A stretch of DNA of 64,000 nucleotides from Candidatus Marinacidobacterales bacterium. Its GTDB lineage: Bacteria > Acidobacteriota > Vicinamibacteria > Marinacidobacterales > SMYC01. Shown here piece after piece: positions 48,804 through 57,965 of the stretch. The notes under the pieces were generated by a model. That model was not told where the DNA came from, ran no database searches, and saw only the letters and a program-made list of their open reading frames with translations. The stretch is taken from the NCBI GenBank assembly GCA_965237955.1, contig OZ250169.1, positions 4,608,001 to 4,672,000 of the forward strand, given 5' to 3'. Each line of letters opens with the position of its first letter. Within the stretch, counting starts at the first letter, position 1. A program made the translations under genes and the position numbers.

Positions 48804-50213
48804 TCAGGGGCTGCCGACGTCCGTCGGTGAAAGCATCCTCCCCGAAGGCGTTGGCGAAACCGTCTCGACGGTTTCGTGGACGCGCTCGGGAGTCGTTAGC
48901 GAGCCAACGGGAGGACGGAGCAGATCCAAAGTAAAGGCCAGACTCGCCGCGGTCAGACTCCACTCGGCGGCGCAAACGGCCATGGCTGCTCCCGAGGCGC
49001 CGTGACTCGGAATCAAGATCACGTCGAGCAGAATCCCTACCGAGAAACGAACGAGGACGGCGGCGAGGAGCCGGCGAGGTCTCTCGGCGGCGATCAGCAG
49101 GTGCGTCGTGAGCGCGTTCAGATACACGGCCGGGATCGCGAGGCCGAGCCATGCGAGGACGGGCGCCGCGTCGCTGAATCCAGCCCCGTAGACAGCGGTC
49201 AGCGTCGGCCCGGCTAGCGCGAAAAAGACGGTGCCGATGGGGAAGGCGGCGGCGAGGAGCCACGTTCCGAGCAGCCGTATCAGCGGCCCATGGGTACCTT
49301 GGCCCATGGCGCGCACCAGGAGCGGGAACGCGCCCGCAACGATCGCCGCGGAGATGACGAAAGTGGCTTCGAAGAGACGGAACGACGCAGCGAACAGACC
49401 CACTTCGACGGGCGCGCCGAGCACGGCGAGGATGAGCAGATCCGCCCTCAAGTAAATGAGTGTGACGACGGACGTCGCCGCGAGCGGCAGGACGTCCCGA
49501 ACGAGCGGTCCCGGCTCGGGCGTGGCGGCCTGCGCTTCCGATCCCGCCGCTCGTCGCCTCAAGACCCCAGCCGCGGCGAAGAGCGCAGGAACGCTCGCGA
49601 GGGCAAGGTAAATGGCCAGCTGGCGAAGATCCGTGCTCCGCCACACGGCGAGAACTGAAGCGACGAGCCAGCTCGAACGCAGCACGACGAGGAGCACCCC
49701 CTCGCGGGCCACGCCCCCGCGACTCCGGAGCACGACACCGCCGAGTTCGACCCATGAGCCGGCCAACTGCACGAACAGAAGGAGGGCGAGCGGGAACGCA
49801 TCTGCGTCGAGCGCCTGCGTTGCCAGGAGCACGGCGATACCCGCGGCCGCGAGCCCGGAAAGAAGTGCTTTCGCGCCGAGGATGCCGCGGAGCGTTTTCG
49901 CCCGGAAGTGGCGCGAGAGCCTCCGGAGCCCGACGACGTGGAGCCCGAGATCCGTCGCCTGCGCCAGCATCCAGGCCGTGTACCAGAGGACGGCGAAACG
50001 ACCGAACCCGTCGGCGCCGAGACGCCGCGCGAGCACGATCGCCATCAGGAAGCTCAGCGAACGGGACGAGACATCCCAGAAGAGCTTGCCGCTACTTGCG
50101 ACGAACGCTCGGCTGCGGGCGTCGGCGTCTGGACTCGTTCCTTCTGTTGTGTTTGCCATCCAAACAGGGAAAAGCAATCTCCGTGCCGGCGGCGCGTGCG
50201 ACGGAGCAGGCAT
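48804..50213 (-). CDS. Wzx/MATE-like polysaccharide flippase
   Basis: ARRLGADGFG, TDLGL, YLRADLLIL...VGLFAASFRL and GASGAA motifs; ~12 TM; start may be ATG 50159. Confidence 0.82.
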   Translation of the reverse strand: MPAPSHAPPARRLLFPVWMANTTEGTSPDADARSRAFVASSGKLFWDVSSRSLSFLMAIVLARRLGADGFGRFAVLWYTAWMLAQATDLGLHVVGLRRLSRHFRAKTLRGILGAKALLSGLAAAGIAVLLATQALDADAFPLALLLFVQLAGSWVELGGVVLRSRGGVAREGVLLVVLRSSWLVASVLAVWRSTDLRQLAIYLALASVPALFAAAGVLRRRAAGSEAQAATPEPGPLVRDVLPLAATSVVTLIYLRADLLILAVLGAPVEVGLFAASFRLFEATFVISAAIVAGAFPLLVRAMGQGTHGPLIRLLGTWLLAAAFPIGTVFFALAGPTLTAVYGAGFSDAAPVLAWLGLAIPAVYLNALTTHLLIAAERPRRLLAAVLVRFSVGILLDVILIPSHGASGAAMAVCAAEWSLTAASLAFTLDLLRPPVGSLTTPERVHETVETVSPTPSGRMLSPTDVGSP

Positions 50214-50287
50214 TTTTAGGCGCGTTTCGAGCCGGCCTTACAACCCGCGTAAGCAAGTTACGAAACGAGAAAGCCGGCTGTCGGAGC

Positions 50288-51739
50288 TCAAGCGACACCG
50301 AGGGCACGGTTCTGCCGGTGCGAGCGGATCTCGAGGCGCATCCGGGCGGCCATGAGCCCGACGAGCTCCCTTACGGCTCGGGCGGCGGCCATCGGCCGGG
50401 GCAGGCGTCCGAGCTCGCGGCGCAAGCGGAAGTCCCGGTGAACGAACTGATAGAGCGCCCGGTAGAAACCCGGCGTGTACCGGCCGCGAAACATGAGATC
50501 CAGATCGTCGCTGTCGGTCCAGTTGCTCTTGTCACCGAGCTGGGATCGGACGCGCTCGTAGAATGGAGTTCCGGGTAGCGGGTAGCTGACGGAGATACCG
50601 ATGTCGTCCGGTCTGGCAAGCCGCACCATCTCCAGAGTCTTCTCGATATCTTCCCACTCCTCGCCGGGATAGCCGAACTGTAGAAAGAAGCAAACGCGGA
50701 TTCCACGCGAGCGAAGGAGTCTCGCTGCGTCGTGAATCTGTTCGACACGCGTTCCCTTGTCCATAGCATCGAGAATCTTCTGAGAGCCGCTCTCCGCTCC
50801 GAGCCATACGCTCTCGCATCCGGCGCGGGCGAGCGCGTCGGCCACGGTCTCATCAATCAAATCGACGCGGGCCTGGATCTTGAACGAGGTCACCACCCCG
50901 CGAGATTCGACTTCTCGAGCGAACGCCTCCACCCAACCGGGCTCGAGACCGAAGATGTCGTCCGCGAACCAGATGTGATCCGGCTCGAGGTTGTGCTTCA
51001 CCCACGCGAGCTCTTCGGCGACGTTCGCGGGTGAGCGCACGCCGTAACGCTGTCCATAGATGGGCTTCGCACACCAGTTGCAGTGATAGGGACAGCCTCT
51101 GGTCGTCACCATGTTGATCGAGAAGATGTCGTGACGTTTTCGCCACGCGCTCCGGTATCGTTCGGCGTCGATGAGATCCCAAGCGGGAAAAGGAAGACCA
51201 TCCAGGTCCTGAATCAATCCGCGAGGCGCCGACTTCACCACTTCGCCGTCACGGCCGAGGTAGGCGAGCCCGGCGACGCTCCCGAGCTCGGCCGTCGGCC
51301 CTCCCAGAGAGAACGCCTCGACGAGCTCGGCGAGGCTCAGCTCGCCCTCTCCCAACAAAGCGACATCGATGTCCGCCTGCAGATACTCCTCCAGCCGATC
51401 GGTGGCATCGGATCCGTTCACGACAACCGTAGCCCCTTTCGACCTCGCGAGACGTGCCTTCTCGAAGGCCGCGCTCCGCATGTTCGTGAGGCACATTTTG
51501 GACAGGTAGTTGAAGTTGTCTTCGTAAAGGGCCACGAGCTGGGGGCGAAAGCGGTCGAGGTCGGTCTCATACTCGTCGTGTCCCGACGCCAACATCGAAT
51601 CCGAAAGGAACACCTCGTGCCCTCGCTCTCTCAAGACCGACGCCGCGTACAGCGTTCCCAGAGGCGGATAAGGCTCGAGCACATTTGTTTGCTTCGGGTC
51701 CAGCTCTAGCTGGAAGGAGGGTGAGAGGAGCACTCTCAT
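50288..51739 (-). CDS. Cobalamin (B12)-binding radical SAM enzyme, paralog 3
   Basis: PYPPLGTLYAASVL, LGEGE, TRGCPYHCNWC, FADDIF, GAESGSQKILDAMDKG and YPLPGT motifs. Confidence 0.92.
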   Translation of the reverse strand: MRVLLSPSFQLELDPKQTNVLEPYPPLGTLYAASVLRERGHEVFLSDSMLASGHDEYETDLDRFRPQLVALYEDNFNYLSKMCLTNMRSAAFEKARLARSKGATVVVNGSDATDRLEEYLQADIDVALLGEGELSLAELVEAFSLGGPTAELGSVAGLAYLGRDGEVVKSAPRGLIQDLDGLPFPAWDLIDAERYRSAWRKRHDIFSINMVTTRGCPYHCNWCAKPIYGQRYGVRSPANVAEELAWVKHNLEPDHIWFADDIFGLEPGWVEAFAREVESRGVVTSFKIQARVDLIDETVADALARAGCESVWLGAESGSQKILDAMDKGTRVEQIHDAARLLRSRGIRVCFFLQFGYPGEEWEDIEKTLEMVRLARPDDIGISVSYPLPGTPFYERVRSQLGDKSNWTDSDDLDLMFRGRYTPGFYRALYQFVHRDFRLRRELGRLPRPMAAARAVRELVGLMAARMRLEIRSHRQNRALGVA

Positions 51740-51885
51740 GACGCCATGGTAGCACAAGGCTTTCCGAGTCCGATGTTCGATCTGTTAGCGCGCTCACCAG
51801 CGCGAAGTCCCGGGCGTACGGGCGTACTGTATGAGCTTGGTCACACTTTCGAAGGGCGATGTCTTCGGCAGCGCTACAATGGTTC
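51740..51885. promoter_or_regulatory. Back-to-back -10 elements of probable leaderless transcripts
   Basis: Minus strand: TG-C-TACCAT (51746-51751) 6 nt before ATG 51739. Plus strand: TACAAT (51875-51880) 5 nt before ATG 51886. No SD before either ATG. Confidence 0.45.
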
Positions 51886-52903
51886 ATGACGTTTCAATGG
51901 CCTTCCGACTTCGTGCGGATCCCCGACGAGGAGTGGGGCCGTCGCCCCATCGAAGAGCTCGCGCGCAAGTACGACACCGTGGAGGCCCACGGCTGGTATC
52001 GAAACCTCGAGCCGACCGTCACGGCGCTCGCTGCATTCTTGAACGACGGCGACGTGCTCCTGGACTACTCGGCGGGCACCGGAATCCTTGCGAGCCGTCT
52101 TCTTACCGGAGATCCCGACTTCGGAATTCTGCTCGTCGATTCCTCGCCCAAGTTCTTACGACTGGCTCTCGAGAAGTTCCGTCACGACGAGCGTGTCGCC
52201 TTTCGATGGGTTCGCTACTTGCGAGACGAGAAACGCATCCAGTTAATAGACGAAGTCATACGCGGCGAGCTCTTGACTCGCGGGATCAAAGCGGTCTCGA
52301 GCACGAACGCCATTCACCTCTATTACGACGTTCCCGCAACGATCGCTTGCTGGAAGCGGATCTTGTGCCGCGACGGCGCGGTGTTCGCGCAGTCGGGCAA
52401 CATCCGCCATCCACGCGCGCCGGCGGAACACTGGATCATCGACGAAACGGTCGAGGCCGTTCACGAGGAAGCCCTCCGCATCGTCGCCGCCGATCCGGAC
52501 TATCGGCTCTACGTCGAAGGGACTCGCGAGCCCGAGCGGATGAAGGCCTACGAGCGCCTTCGCCGCAAGTTCTTCCTTCCGGTGCGCGACCTCGACTACT
52601 ACCTGGAGGCATTTGAGCAGGCGGGCCTCCCCGTGACCGACGTGTTCTAACAGGGCCTACGACGCCAACGTGGAACAGTGGTATCAGTTTGTGAACACCT
52701 ATCACGAAGGTGTATTGGGTTGGGTCGGCGGTAGCGAGCGGATCGAGGGCAAGCGGCCCGGGCCAAAGGCAATAGAAGATCGCCTGGCCCTCATGCGAAA
52801 AGCCATGGAACGGGTTTTCGAAGGAAATGCTTCCTTCCTCGCAGGATGGACCTACCTCCGTGCGGACAAGGGCGCTAGTGCTCGATCCCCGGTCCTCGTG
52901 TAG
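51886..52903 (+). CDS. Class I SAM methyltransferase, split by an apparent 1-nt frameshift at ~52645
   Basis: LLDYSAGTG and VDSSPKFL motifs; removing one T gives DV-SNRAYDANVEQWYQF..., continuous with ORF 52670..52903. Confidence 0.72.
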
Positions 52904-53189
52904 CGTGTGACTTCACCTTGAGGTAGACGATTTCCATTCGGAGATCGTCCAGCCGAGCGCGAAACGACTCGGGTGCGGCCTGTCGCTCATCATTATTAAT
53001 ACTAATCCGGACGGGTTCGCGGGCCAACGCCCGTCGGCGGGCAAGGCATCGGACGATTGGTCGCTGCGAGGGAAGGAAGACGAGAACGAACTCGTCAGTA
53101 CCCAGACGGAGCAACCGCGAGCGCTCAGAGGAGGCGAGAACGGCGCGTAAGTCTTTGATTTCACACGCGGACGCATTTTGATGAGGCAC
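52875..53189 (-). CDS. Small hypothetical protein or gene relic
   Basis: 104-aa ORF directly downstream of the PP2C gene; no recognised motif. Confidence 0.3.
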   Translation of the reverse strand: MPHQNASACEIKDLRAVLASSERSRLLRLGTDEFVLVFLPSQRPIVRCLARRRALAREPVRISINNDERQAAPESFRARLDDLRMEIVYLKVKSHATRGPGIEH

Positions 53190-53195
53190 AGGTGG

Positions 53196-54491
53196 CTACT
53201 CAATTTCTACCGCCAAGAGTGAAACATCGTCTTCCCGCTTGGCATCGCCGCTAAAGGCTTGGATGCGTTCCAGCAGATAAGAAATCGCGTCCTGGAGAGG
53301 TCGGTCGCGACTCTCGTCGACGGCCTGCTTCAGGCGATCCCTGCCGAAAGCCTCGTCGTGCGGGTTGACGACTTCGGTCAATCCGTCCGAATAGAAGTAG
53401 AGTCGAGAACCGGGCTCAGCTTTTATGAGTTGCTCTTCATAGGTGGCGTTGCTGAAGAGTCCAATCGGAAAACCGTATTCTCCAAATTCAAACGCCGGCC
53501 CCCGAGGAGGCTTGTAAACAGGTGGAGGGTGGCCAGCAAGGGCATAGCAGAATTGCCTCGTCTTGGTGCTGAGGACCTCATAGATCAACGTAAAGTACTG
53601 GGGGATTACGGCCTCCGCGTCCATTGGGAACAGGCGGTTCAAGCCTCTCAAGACCAGGGCCGGGGAGACGATGTCGTAGCTGGACCCGCCATCCTGCAGT
53701 CGAGTCAATAAAGAAGTAGGGCCTAGGATGGGTGTCAAGACCCGGTGAAGGGCAACGGAAAGCATCGCCGCCGAGGCCCCATGTCCGCTGACGTCGAGGA
53801 GGTAGAGGCACAGATGCTCCCTATCCAACTGAAAGATATTGAGCGTATCGCCATGGAGTTCCTCGCACGGCTGGACCTCCCACGCAACCCTCACCTTCTC
53901 CAGCACCTGAGCACGCTTTGGCAGGAGGGATCTTTGAATCTCGGCCGCGGCCTCAAGCTCGGCTCTCATCCGCTTGTTTGCCTTCCGTAACTCCTCTTCG
54001 GCTCTCTTGCGCTCACTCACATCCCGAACCATCGCGATCATGCACGTTCTGCCGTCGACAGCGATGAGGGAGGCCGAGATCTCGGACGCCAGTTTCCTCC
54101 CGGACTTGGTCGAACACGTGAGCTCGTTCGTCCAGCCGACCCCCTCTTTGCGAACGTGCTTCGCAAAGGCCTTGACCTTAGGCATTTCGTCCGGGTGGAT
54201 CGCCGACATCGGCAGGGAAAGGAGTTCCTCACGCGCGTATCCCAGCATTTCGCAGGCCTTCGGGTTGACTTGGATAATCTCGTCGCGGTCTGCGTCGACA
54301 ACGAGGATCCCATCATTGGAGTGATCAAAGATCGTTCGAAAGGCCTCTTCGCTTGTGCGGAGGGCCTCTGCGGTCTTGTTCCACTCCTTTCTTGCAGCCT
54401 CGAGTTCAGCCACCTCGGAGCGCAGCTCCTCCAGTTGACGGGTGGACTGCTCGCCGGACTTCTCAGAGTCCTTCTTGGGAGTACGTGACAT
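53196..54491 (-). CDS. PAS-domain SpoIIE/PP2C phosphatase (RsbU/RsbP-like)
   Basis: PAS (IFDHSNDGI...VNPKACEMLGY...DVSERK), IQRSLLP, DVSGHG, AGHPPP, YSDGLTE and DDVSLL motifs. Confidence 0.9.
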   Translation of the reverse strand: MSRTPKKDSEKSGEQSTRQLEELRSEVAELEAARKEWNKTAEALRTSEEAFRTIFDHSNDGILVVDADRDEIIQVNPKACEMLGYAREELLSLPMSAIHPDEMPKVKAFAKHVRKEGVGWTNELTCSTKSGRKLASEISASLIAVDGRTCMIAMVRDVSERKRAEEELRKANKRMRAELEAAAEIQRSLLPKRAQVLEKVRVAWEVQPCEELHGDTLNIFQLDREHLCLYLLDVSGHGASAAMLSVALHRVLTPILGPTSLLTRLQDGGSSYDIVSPALVLRGLNRLFPMDAEAVIPQYFTLIYEVLSTKTRQFCYALAGHPPPVYKPPRGPAFEFGEYGFPIGLFSNATYEEQLIKAEPGSRLYFYSDGLTEVVNPHDEAFGRDRLKQAVDESRDRPLQDAISYLLERIQAFSGDAKREDDVSLLAVEIE

Positions 54492-54575
54492 TCATCACCT
54501 CGGGACCCTTTCTCGCGGCTGTGCGGGTGCGTCCTCCAGGAGAACCGAGAGGGGCCTCGCAGGAAGGCGGCGGGC

Positions 54576-56237
54576 TCAGCGAAGCCGCCGAAGATCGATG
54601 AGCCCGAGGCCGATGTCATTGTTCTTTGTCTGCTGGCCCAGCGGGTCGGCGGCCGCCTCGAGCGCGTCGCGTAGCGAGGCGACATCCATAAACGGGTTCG
54701 CGGAAAGCACGAGCGCCGCCGCTCCTGCCACGTGAGGGGTCGAGGCAGAGGTGCCGTAAAATCGTCTTATGCCGAAGGAAACGGTGGAGACTTGGTCGGG
54801 GGCAACCAGATCCGGTTTCACGCGACCGTCGGCTGTGGGCCCGCGAGAGCTGAAGGATTGGACCTCGAGAGAGTCCAAGGCTACGGCTCCCACGCTCAAC
54901 GCCCCCCGAGCATCGCCGGGCAGGGTGAGCGTGCCAGCTGGCGTCGCCAAGTTCGCAGAGACATTGTTGCTCGCCCAGAGGTAGAACTTCTGAGAGGAGT
55001 TCAGAGGGCTTGCCGGATCGTGACGGACGATCGCGTACAGAACCTCTTCCTCGGATTCGAAGCTGAGGAGCTCCAGTGGATCTTGGACACCGGCCTGAAC
55101 ATCGCGGCTGCTGGCCACGATGTCGGGATTGTCCTCCGAAATATCCCAGCTGCCGGTGAAGCCCGGCTTGACCACAAAGAGATCGTAGTCGTGCTCGCTC
55201 GCACCAAACGGATCGTCCCAGCGTAGGCTCACCATGGTAGTTTGATACGGGTTCACAGTTATGGGCGCCGCGAACAGACGCTGGTCGCCGAACTCGAGGA
55301 ATCCATCCTGGTCGATGTCCTGCCAGGTTCCCTGATAGTATTTCTCGGCTTCGTTGCCTGCTGCGGTCACGAAGAGGATTCCGGAGGCGGTGATCCTGTC
55401 CACCGTTTGAGCGATGATGTGATTTCCGTCGGGAGAAAAGAGGTTGTCGAACCCTATGGAGTGGCTGATGATGTCGACCCTCGCTCCCATGAGCTGGTCC
55501 AGTTGCTCGCCCCAAGAGACGAGATCCTCGAAGGCGGCGAAATACAGCTCCGCCCCGGGCGCGATGTCGTGAATGATCTCCGCGCACGCAGTGCCGTGCG
55601 GGCTCTCGAACTCTTCCAGGTTGCCTAGGACGAACGTGGCGGAGGTTCTTTCCGCGGGAAGCTCGCTCCCGATCAGCGCCTCGGCATTCTGAAAACCCAC
55701 GTCCAGCACACCGACGACGACCCCGCTTCCGTCCACGCCCATTCGCATGATGAAGTCGTCTGCTCCGATCACCGGCGCTCCTTCGCTCGTGATTTCCTTG
55801 GGGCTCGGGTAGTAAGGCGGCCGCATTCTCGCGACTGCGGCGTGGCTTGCCACCCGGCGAACCGCGCTCGCCGGCAATCTCACCTTCACCAGTTCTCGGA
55901 ACTGGCCTTCGATGGTTCCTCCTGCGTCCTGAACCACCCCGACGACGTCGCTCGCCGTCGCCCCGGGGGAAAGGACGATCACTGCGGTCACCATGCGGGT
56001 GTTCGAATCTAGGTACCGGAGCCCCCGTGCGAACGCCAGCTCTCGCCGTTCCGACGCTTTTGCAATGCGGTGCAAAGCATAGGACAGCTTGCCGTACTCC
56101 TGCTTTTCGGACTGCGCCCAGGCCACCGTCGGCAGCGCGAACAGGAGGAGGACGCTGGTCGATTGTAAGAAAAATCGAAGCGTTCGCATCGAAGAACTCA
56201 TTTCAGACAGGAGCCAGGCGAAAGCCGGGACCGTCAA
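54576..56237 (-). CDS. S8 family (subtilase) serine peptidase, secreted
   Basis: Catalytic GVLDVG, HGTAC, AAGNE, KPDLVAP and GTSASTPHVAG motifs; signal peptide; true start probably near 56189. Confidence 0.9.
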   Translation of the reverse strand: MTVPAFAWLLSEMSSSMRTLRFFLQSTSVLLLFALPTVAWAQSEKQEYGKLSYALHRIAKASERRELAFARGLRYLDSNTRMVTAVIVLSPGATASDVVGVVQDAGGTIEGQFRELVKVRLPASAVRRVASHAAVARMRPPYYPSPKEITSEGAPVIGADDFIMRMGVDGSGVVVGVLDVGFQNAEALIGSELPAERTSATFVLGNLEEFESPHGTACAEIIHDIAPGAELYFAAFEDLVSWGEQLDQLMGARVDIISHSIGFDNLFSPDGNHIIAQTVDRITASGILFVTAAGNEAEKYYQGTWQDIDQDGFLEFGDQRLFAAPITVNPYQTTMVSLRWDDPFGASEHDYDLFVVKPGFTGSWDISEDNPDIVASSRDVQAGVQDPLELLSFESEEEVLYAIVRHDPASPLNSSQKFYLWASNNVSANLATPAGTLTLPGDARGALSVGAVALDSLEVQSFSSRGPTADGRVKPDLVAPDQVSTVSFGIRRFYGTSASTPHVAGAAALVLSANPFMDVASLRDALEAAADPLGQQTKNNDIGLGLIDLRRLR

Positions 56238-56559
56238 GCCACCTTAGAATGTAACCGCTCGGATTTCAAGCGAATCAGGTTGAAAGCGAGACCAGCGAGG
56301 CTGCGGGGAGGAGACAATCGCAAAGAGCGTGTAATCATTACGACGGGTAAATATTGGCATAAGGAATAATACATCGGCAGCTCGGACATCGCCATGTGGG
56401 GCGGCGGCGGCAACGTGGTCGAGGGCAACTTCCTCGGTGCCGCGCTCCAACGCTGGCGCCTCGAACAACCTCGTAACTCGCAACGTCTTCGGAAACGTAC
56501 CCCGTCTCGAACGAGATGCGCGGAGTCCAACTTCGTCGAGCACAAGACGAAGCCGTTTC

Positions 56560-56800
56560 CGATCACCGATCGTCGCTTCTGCTGCTTCTGGCCGCGGTCG
56601 GATTCTTGCTGCTCCTCGCTTACGTCAACCTGGCCAACCTCTTCTTGTTCCCCGCGCTGACGGCGGCGCGGGACGGGCTCGTCGACGTCCTGAAGGACGG
56701 AGCGCGCTCGGGGTGCGGCCGTCGCCGTGCGCTCGGGGGTATTCGCTCTCGCGGAGATCGCCATTGCGACCCTTCTGCTCGTTGGCGCGGGTCTCCTGTC
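56560..56800 (+). pseudogene. Fragments of an ADOP-type (MacB/FtsX-like) ABC permease
   Basis: LLLLAAVGFLLLLAYVNLANL joined to PALTAARDGLVDVLKDG, then in another frame FALAEIAIATLLLVGAGLL. Confidence 0.6.
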
Positions 56801-56998
56801 GTTGCACTGACCGCCCACACCATGAAAGGCGACCGGGAGCGATGCCTCGAGGCGGGCATGGACGATTACATTTCGAAGCCGATCGACAACGAGGAGCTTT
56901 TCCGGATCATCGAGCGGCTGGCTATACCGGCACTCGCTGCCAGGAGGTCCTGGGGGCCTCGCCCCGGCCACGCGGTCTTCGATCCTTCGGCTCGATGA
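56795..56998 (+). pseudogene. C-terminal fragment of a response regulator receiver domain
   Basis: PVVALTAHTMKGDRERCLEAGMDDYISKPID; N-terminal half absent. Confidence 0.75.
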
Positions 56999-57046
56999 TG
57001 ATCGTGAGACTCGTGACTTCCAAGCTCCGTAACCCTTTCGTTCAGT

Positions 57047-57072
57047 TGGTGGCGGGGGCGGGATTTGACCCG
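57047..57072 (-). other. Partial tRNA 3' end (T-arm, acceptor strand, CCA; fMet-like), possible att relic
   Basis: Minus strand reads CGGGTCAAATCCCGCCCCCGCCACCA; no 5' half or anticodon arm. Confidence 0.6.
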
Positions 57073-57152
57073 ATCAAGCCATTTTCTCAACTGGCTGATG
57101 GTGCGCGACTTTCGTCACTAAGTGCCTCAACCCCAACGGCTTCACCATCATT

Positions 57153-57182
57153 ATTAATACTCTCCCAATTAATACTCTCCCA
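57153..57182. repeat. Perfect 15-bp tandem repeat
   Basis: attaatactctccca x2. Confidence 0.9.
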
Positions 57183-57459
57183 GTCCTGCCGAGTCCTCTG
57201 GAATCCTCCCGTGGTTTTGGAGACGATTTGGAGACGGACCGTTCCGGAAACGGAGGTCCCGTCGAAAGGTCCGGCTAAAGCTAGCCAGGTAAACCTGAAA
57301 GCTGTTGAAATGAAATCACTTAGCTCGCGCCCGCTGAAAAGTGCGAACAAAATCCTCGTCCGGTTCCCTTGAACTCGTTAGAAAACTGCGCCGCACCCAC
57401 CGAAAATCCTACTGAAATCCCAGTCTGCGCACCGGTCGTCCATCTTCTGTAGCGTGTTC

Positions 57460-57870
57460 TCAAGGACGGTGAGGCGACTTGCGGCTGCGAGACCTAGCGA
57501 GCTCGGCGGGGATCCGCTCGGCCTCTTCGCCGCTGTAGAAGTACTCGTCGGCCCAGATACGAGGTTGATCCCCCGGCATGACGAAATACGCCTGCAGTCG
57601 CAACCGCCCGTTGATCCCGTCGCGCTCCACGCTCCCGGCGAGAACGTAGTCGACGCCGAGTGCCTCGGCGATCTCCCGAGCGCCGCCCGCGAGCCCCTTG
57701 TACTCGAGCACATCGGCACGCGGCACCACGTCGAACACTCCGAGCGCCGCGAGCTCCTCGGTGATCGCGACCGTGACGTTCGCAGCGATGAGCTCGAGCG
57801 CATCGGCCCCGTCGAGGTTATCGAACGGAAGCACCGCAAGAGAGGGACGAGCCGACCGCTCGGAAGAGAT
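57460..57870 (-). pseudogene. Isolated TolB-N-like (SLAVLPF) domain fragment
   Basis: PSLAVLPFDNL...AREIAEALGVDYVLAGSV...IWADEY, normally part of kinases or cyclases; no clear start or other domains. Confidence 0.6.
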
Positions 57871-57965
57871 CCGTTGATTTGAGGAGGATCGCCTCGCTAA
57901 AGTTCAGCCCGCCCTGAGCCGACTAGGATCACTAGACATCTTTCCAATTCCAAGGCGAGAGCAAT

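Noticed and set aside
36901-51739. Interpreting the radical SAM cluster as a RiPP, hopanoid or phosphonate pathway
   Set aside because: No precursor peptide, RRE/PqqD, squalene-hopene cyclase or PEP mutase gene is seen; neighbours are glycosyltransferases, flippases and a ligase
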